Assembly: GCA_910585455.1 (NCBI GenBank)
Contig: CAJUEL010000008.1
Span: 53,955 to 117,954 of the forward strand
Reading direction: 5' to 3'
Origin: an uncultured Eisenbergiella sp.
GTDB taxonomy: Bacteria; Bacillota; Clostridia; Lachnospirales; Lachnospiraceae
DNA length: 64,000 bases
Part shown: positions 60,253 to 64,000 of the stretch, one piece after another
How the letters are laid out: every line of letters starts with the position of its first letter
Position numbering within the stretch: position 1 is the stretch's first letter
Position numbers and translations under genes: made by a program
Notes under the pieces: generated by a model
What the model was told of the DNA's origin: nothing
Database searches by the model: none
Seen by the model: only the letters and a program-made list of their open reading frames with translations

Positions 60253-61241
60253 GAGGCCGCCTCCTTTCCCTCCGTTTGGTATATCGCCGTGATGATATTT
60301 TCCAGCGGAATGTTGGAGATGTTGATATCCTCCATGTTTTCCAGATTCAGGCTGCGAAGCGCATCGCTGATTTTCATCACGGCTGTGTCCACCTCGAACC
60401 GGATATGCCCTTCCTTTTCCTTCAAAATCGTGATGCCCTGCATGGGCGGCAGCGACATTTCCCCGTGCAGCCTCACCTCTACGGTCTTTTGGTTCAGATA
60501 ATGATATTTTACATGCTCCATGGAATCGTCCATCACGATTCGCCCGTTGTTGACGATGATGATGCGCCTGCACAGCTTTTCGATGTCTCCGATATCATGG
60601 CTGGTCAGAAAAACCGTGGTATGAAGCTGGCGGTTCATTGTTTTGATCAGGGAGCGGACGTTTTCCTTTACGACCGGGTCCAGCCCGATCGTCGGCTCAT
60701 CCAGAAAGAGCACCTTCGGACTGTGGATCAAAGATGCCGCAAACTCACAGCGGATGCGCTGCCCCAGCGAAAGGCTGCGGACCGGCGTGTTGATGAATGC
60801 GCCCAGATCAAAAATATCCGCCAGTTCCCCGATGCGCCGGTCCGTCTCGGCATCGGACATATCGTAGATTGCGCCAAAAAAGCGGAAATTGTCGTTGGGT
60901 GTCAGGTGTGTCCAAAGCTGTTCCTTTTGCCCGAATACCGTGCCGATTTCGTAGGCCAGCTGTTTTCTTTTTTTTGACGGATCAATGCCCAGAACCCTTG
61001 CGCTGCCGCTGTCTGGGCAAAGGATCCCTGTCAGCATTTTGATGGTCGTGCTCTTTCCCGCGCCGTTGGGGCCGATAAACGCCAGAATTTCCCCTTCCTC
61101 CACATGAAAGGAAACGCTGTCAACCGCCCGGATTTCCTCCGTCCGGGGATGGAAAATGGCCCGTATGCTTCCGCCCATTCCCCGTTCCTTTTGTTTCACC
61201 CGAAAGGTCTTTGATAACCCTTCCACTTCAATCGCTTTCAT
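60249..61241 (-). CDS. ABC exporter ATP-binding protein
   Basis: GPNGAGKST, LSLGQR, LDEPT, TSH. Confidence 0.93.
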   Translation of the reverse strand: MKAIEVEGLSKTFRVKQKERGMGGSIRAIFHPRTEEIRAVDSVSFHVEEGEILAFIGPNGAGKSTTIKMLTGILCPDSGSARVLGIDPSKKRKQLAYEIGTVFGQKEQLWTHLTPNDNFRFFGAIYDMSDAETDRRIGELADIFDLGAFINTPVRSLSLGQRIRCEFAASLIHSPKVLFLDEPTIGLDPVVKENVRSLIKTMNRQLHTTVFLTSHDIGDIEKLCRRIIIVNNGRIVMDDSMEHVKYHYLNQKTVEVRLHGEMSLPPMQGITILKEKEGHIRFEVDTAVMKISDALRSLNLENMEDINISNIPLENIITAIYQTEGKEAAS

Positions 61242-61269
61242 TTTTTCCTCCTCCTCAAAATTTAGATAT

Positions 61270-61380
61270 AAAAAAGAACCGCCCGTTATACGCCACCTTC
61301 GTGTGCATATACCATGCGGTTCATTCCTATCCTCTGATTCCCGCATAGCCAAATAAGACCTTCCATCTTACGGCCATGCG
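61270..61380 (-). promoter_or_regulatory. Transcription attenuator (alternative 1:2/3:4 vs 2:3 pairing)
   Basis: CGCATGGCC / GGCTATGCGG / GAACCGCATGG / GCGGTTC-T6. Confidence 0.7.
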
Positions 61381-61402
61381 TCTGCCCGGCTGTGCGCCGG
61401 AA

Positions 61403-61480
61403 TCAAATCGGGACCGTATTATGAAAAATCTGCTGCACCAGCATAATCAGATAAGAATTTATAACATTTGCTAAAAACAT
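61403..61480 (-). CDS. Putative 25-aa leader peptide MFLANVINSYLIMLVQQIFHNTVPI
   Basis: CAGGAG RBS, directly after promoter TTGCAT-17-(TGn)TATGCT at 61515-61543. Confidence 0.55.
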   Translation of the reverse strand: MFLANVINSYLIMLVQQIFHNTVPI

Positions 61481-61622
61481 ATTTTTTCTCCTGCAGTTTC
61501 CTGAAATTTCAGATAGCATATCACAATGCGGGATGGAATGCAAGCTTTTTTTGCGTCTGTTCTGAACAGTAACAAATAATTGCGGATTGGCAGGAACAGT
61601 GCTATAATGTAAAAGCGGTCTA

Positions 61623-61654
61623 TGCAACGGTTCAGATTTGTCCGGACTGTTACA
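61623..61654. repeat. 32-bp dispersed palindrome, copy 7
   Basis: TGCAACGGTTCAGAT-TT-GTCCGGACTGTTACA. Confidence 0.7.
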
Positions 61655-61686
61655 TAGATTGACAAAATGTTGAGGGAGGAGAAAAC

Positions 61687-62340
61687 ATGTTTTGCAGAAA
61701 ATGTGGAGCGGAAATTGAGGAAGGAGCAAAGTTTTGCATTCGATGTGGAACTCCGGTGGCAGGCGATGGGGCGGCGGGAAATCCTGCGGCAAATGCAGCG
61801 GTGAAAAGCGGCGGGGAGAAGAAGGATAACAGAAAATGGTTTGGAATCGGAGCGATAGCTCTGGTCTGTATTGCTATATGGGGGCTCATTTCTCTGTTCA
61901 AAGGTTCCGGAGGGGGGCTGGATTCTCCGGAGGAGGCATTTGATACATATTTTGAAGGCTTTTGGGGGCATGATTTTGATCTGATGTTAAGCGTCAGTCC
62001 GGACTTTGAGGTCAAGTATGAGGGCGGAGAGTCCGCGGTAAGGGCACAGCTGCAGAAAAATTATGATAACCAGGTCAGAGATTATGTGAGTAACGGTTAT
62101 CGGTTCACCTTTAAGGCAACCGGTCATACGATGCTGGATAAGGATGAAGTGAAGAGAGTTGAGAAGGAAATGAGCGAGGCTTATGATGCCAGAATCAAGC
62201 TTTCGGCGGCAGCAATTATTGATTATAACATCATCATGAAATATAAAGGTACGGAAAAGGTTTCTTCTCTTTCAAGCGGATATGCCGTTAAATATAAAGG
62301 GAAGTGGTACTATCTTAATGTCGCGGATAGCAGCATGTAA
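61687..62340 (+). CDS. Zinc-ribbon membrane-anchored protein
   Basis: MFCRKCG..FCIRCG, one TM, C-term KGKWYY. Confidence 0.85.
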   Translation: MFCRKCGAEIEEGAKFCIRCGTPVAGDGAAGNPAANAAVKSGGEKKDNRKWFGIGAIALVCIAIWGLISLFKGSGGGLDSPEEAFDTYFEGFWGHDFDLMLSVSPDFEVKYEGGESAVRAQLQKNYDNQVRDYVSNGYRFTFKATGHTMLDKDEVKRVEKEMSEAYDARIKLSAAAIIDYNIIMKYKGTEKVSSLSSGYAVKYKGKWYYLNVADSSM

Positions 62341-62345
62341 CATAA

Positions 62346-62376
62346 ACGGGGCACAGCGGAAATGCTGTGCCCTGTT
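62346..62376. terminator. Hairpin between convergent genes
   Basis: AACGGGGCACAGC-GGAAAT-GCTGTGCCCTGTT. Confidence 0.7.
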
Positions 62377-62399
62377 AAAATCAAGAGCGTTTTATGGCA

Positions 62400-62792
62400 T
62401 TATTCTTCCGCGTCCCAATACAGGTCTGCTTTTTGAGAAGCGGCTTCCCGCGCTTTGGCGGGATCGTCTGCCAGGGCTGTCTGGAACCTTTCAGCCAGGC
62501 GTATGACAGTTTCTTCCCGGGAGCAATTCAGATCCCTGCAGGCGGCGATATATGCTTTATATTCGCTTTCCTGTTTGTGGCTGACCGCGTTTTTTTGCGC
62601 TTCTGCCAACCGATGTTCGGCTTCGTTCGCCCGGTCCTCCGCCTCGTTCGCCCGGTCCTCTGCTTCATTCGCCCGGCATTCTGCCTCATCTGCCCGCTTG
62701 ATTGCTTCTTCCGCCTGCCTGCGCGCTTCTGCGGTATTCCGTCTTTCAGCCTGAATATCCATTTTTTGCATATTCTCAAACAAATATCCCAT
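62400..62792 (-). CDS. Putative nested RpnS-like antitoxin, 130 aa
   Basis: Internal TAGGAGG-GAAGCAA-ATG (MGYLFEN), conserved in paralog at 35144-35160. Confidence 0.6.
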   Translation of the reverse strand: MGYLFENMQKMDIQAERRNTAEARRQAEEAIKRADEAECRANEAEDRANEAEDRANEAEHRLAEAQKNAVSHKQESEYKAYIAACRDLNCSREETVIRLAERFQTALADDPAKAREAASQKADLYWDAEE

Positions 62793-63593
62793 TTGCTTCC
62801 CTCCTAACGCCTTCACATACTCGCTGGCTTCGCTGGTCGGTATGTTCATTTTCATCATCAGACTGTACATTACGTCCTGCATGAGCTTTATGACATGCGG
62901 ATCGGCGTTTTTGAGGATGTCAGCCAGCTTTTCAGGCGGCAACGACCGGAATTTATGGAAATCCTCCGGGCTCTGCAGCCTGTTGAGCAGCATGAGCAGC
63001 GACATCTCATCCCCGCGATCGAGCAGCTCCTGATTGCTGTAATCATGTATCCTGACTACCTCATACCGGAAATCCGGCACGTATCCGCCAAATACATCGC
63101 TCCGCCATATCCGCTCCCGTAAGTGCTGCGGCGCTGTCCAGCTGTCATTTCCTTCATAATAGACGATTGGCAAAACGGGCGGATAGCGAAAGCCTTTCTG
63201 TCTGGAAATTCCCCTTTTTTTCCGCTCCATTTCCTTTGCGTACTCATGCCAGATGCAGGTCATGTATCGAAGCAGCTGCATCGTGACATCATAGTCCACG
63301 CCGCTTTTGTGCTCAATCAATGATATCAGGTAAAGCGGGGCATTTTCCCGTTTGCCGTTTTCGTCCTTCAGCCGTATTTTCTTGACCGTATCGGCCTCAA
63401 ATTCCACGCCCAGGTAAGCCTGATACCGTTCCGTGACGTCTTCGATATCCTCCGGCTGCACCTGCTTCAGCTGCGGAATATCCACGTTGTCCTGCAAAAA
63501 CTGTGCGCAGAGCGTGGGATTTTTAAAAATTTCCTTGCTGTTTACATCCCTTGCCTGTGTCTGTACAGACGTTTTCTGTTTGTTTTTCTCCAA
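62400..63593 (-). CDS. Rpn family PD-(D/E)XK nuclease/putative transposase
   Basis: EADTV..LIEHKS, QLLRYM, PVLPIVYYEG..W; TTG start with AGGAGG. Confidence 0.88.
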   Translation of the reverse strand: MEKNKQKTSVQTQARDVNSKEIFKNPTLCAQFLQDNVDIPQLKQVQPEDIEDVTERYQAYLGVEFEADTVKKIRLKDENGKRENAPLYLISLIEHKSGVDYDVTMQLLRYMTCIWHEYAKEMERKKRGISRQKGFRYPPVLPIVYYEGNDSWTAPQHLRERIWRSDVFGGYVPDFRYEVVRIHDYSNQELLDRGDEMSLLMLLNRLQSPEDFHKFRSLPPEKLADILKNADPHVIKLMQDVMYSLMMKMNIPTSEASEYVKALGGKQMGYLFENMQKMDIQAERRNTAEARRQAEEAIKRADEAECRANEAEDRANEAEDRANEAEHRLAEAQKNAVSHKQESEYKAYIAACRDLNCSREETVIRLAERFQTALADDPAKAREAASQKADLYWDAEE

Positions 63594-63644
63594 TTCTTTT
63601 CCTCCTGTTTGTGGGTAAATACGTGCATGAACAGAAGGAAATCA

Positions 63645-63814
63645 ACTTTCCGCCTGCCTGCACCATGTCAAAGGGTTTGATTTGAACTGTGGCGAAAAGC
63701 CAGAATTCGGATTCCGGAATTATAATATTCGGAATAGAAAGCGCATCATGAACGATCAGATTTGTTGATGCGCTGTCACAAGATGAGTGTAACACCTTTT
63801 GCGAATGCTGACAA
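63645..63814 (-). promoter_or_regulatory. Promoter plus conserved structured leader of rpn
   Basis: TTGTCA-17-(TGn)TACACT; leader homologous to 34320-34455 with compensatory changes. Confidence 0.6.
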
Positions 63815-64000
63815 GTAGATTTATAAAAATCACCGTGAGCAATAATCATACAAAAAATATAATTGTAATATAGGCAGGTGAAAGCGTATAATACAAACGT
63901 AATGCTTTGCGCATGTCATGTACAAAGGTTTGAAAAGCTGAAATCAGGAAAAACCAGAATTACAAAAAGGATGAAAAAAATGGAACCCAGAGAAATCATG

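Noticed and set aside
70..63849. Numerous 60-280-aa antisense/overlapping ORFs in the track
   Set aside because: Shadows of well-supported genes; no motifs or RBS
63971..64000. Possible ORF start at the window edge
   Set aside because: Too short to support a call

Overview
64-kb window of a Clostridia-type chromosome (most likely Lachnospiraceae; inferred from gene content and promoter/RBS style). Housekeeping and metabolic genes include a GH43-like/ABC/YesMN sugar locus, FNT, BlaI/BlaR, an ftsH paralog, tRNA-Lys, tatD-rsmA, cysK, yaaA, bcp and an ABC-2 exporter. An accessory surface/adhesion block at ~25-43.5 kb carries two divergent large sortase-anchored proteins (one with a Cys-Gln thioester domain), each preceded by a close-packed TRIPLE c-di-GMP-I-type aptamer array with mixed G20/A20 pockets. 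These are followed by a class B sortase and a transglutaminase-PilC-atypical pilin-PilT operon. There are four Rpn-like PD-(D/E)XK loci, all with internal RBS+ATG that could yield small C-terminal antitoxins: a near-identical tandem pair, one pseudogene and one intact gene; the last two share a covarying leader. Non-coding DNA holds two related dispersed palindrome families (a 32-bp palindrome x7; 230-380-bp hairpin elements x4), a classic 1-2-3-4 attenuator with a leader peptide, face-to-face promoters and a cloverleaf leader. No CRISPR, rRNA, integrase or intact IS was seen. All calls are by eye; no database search or folding program was run.
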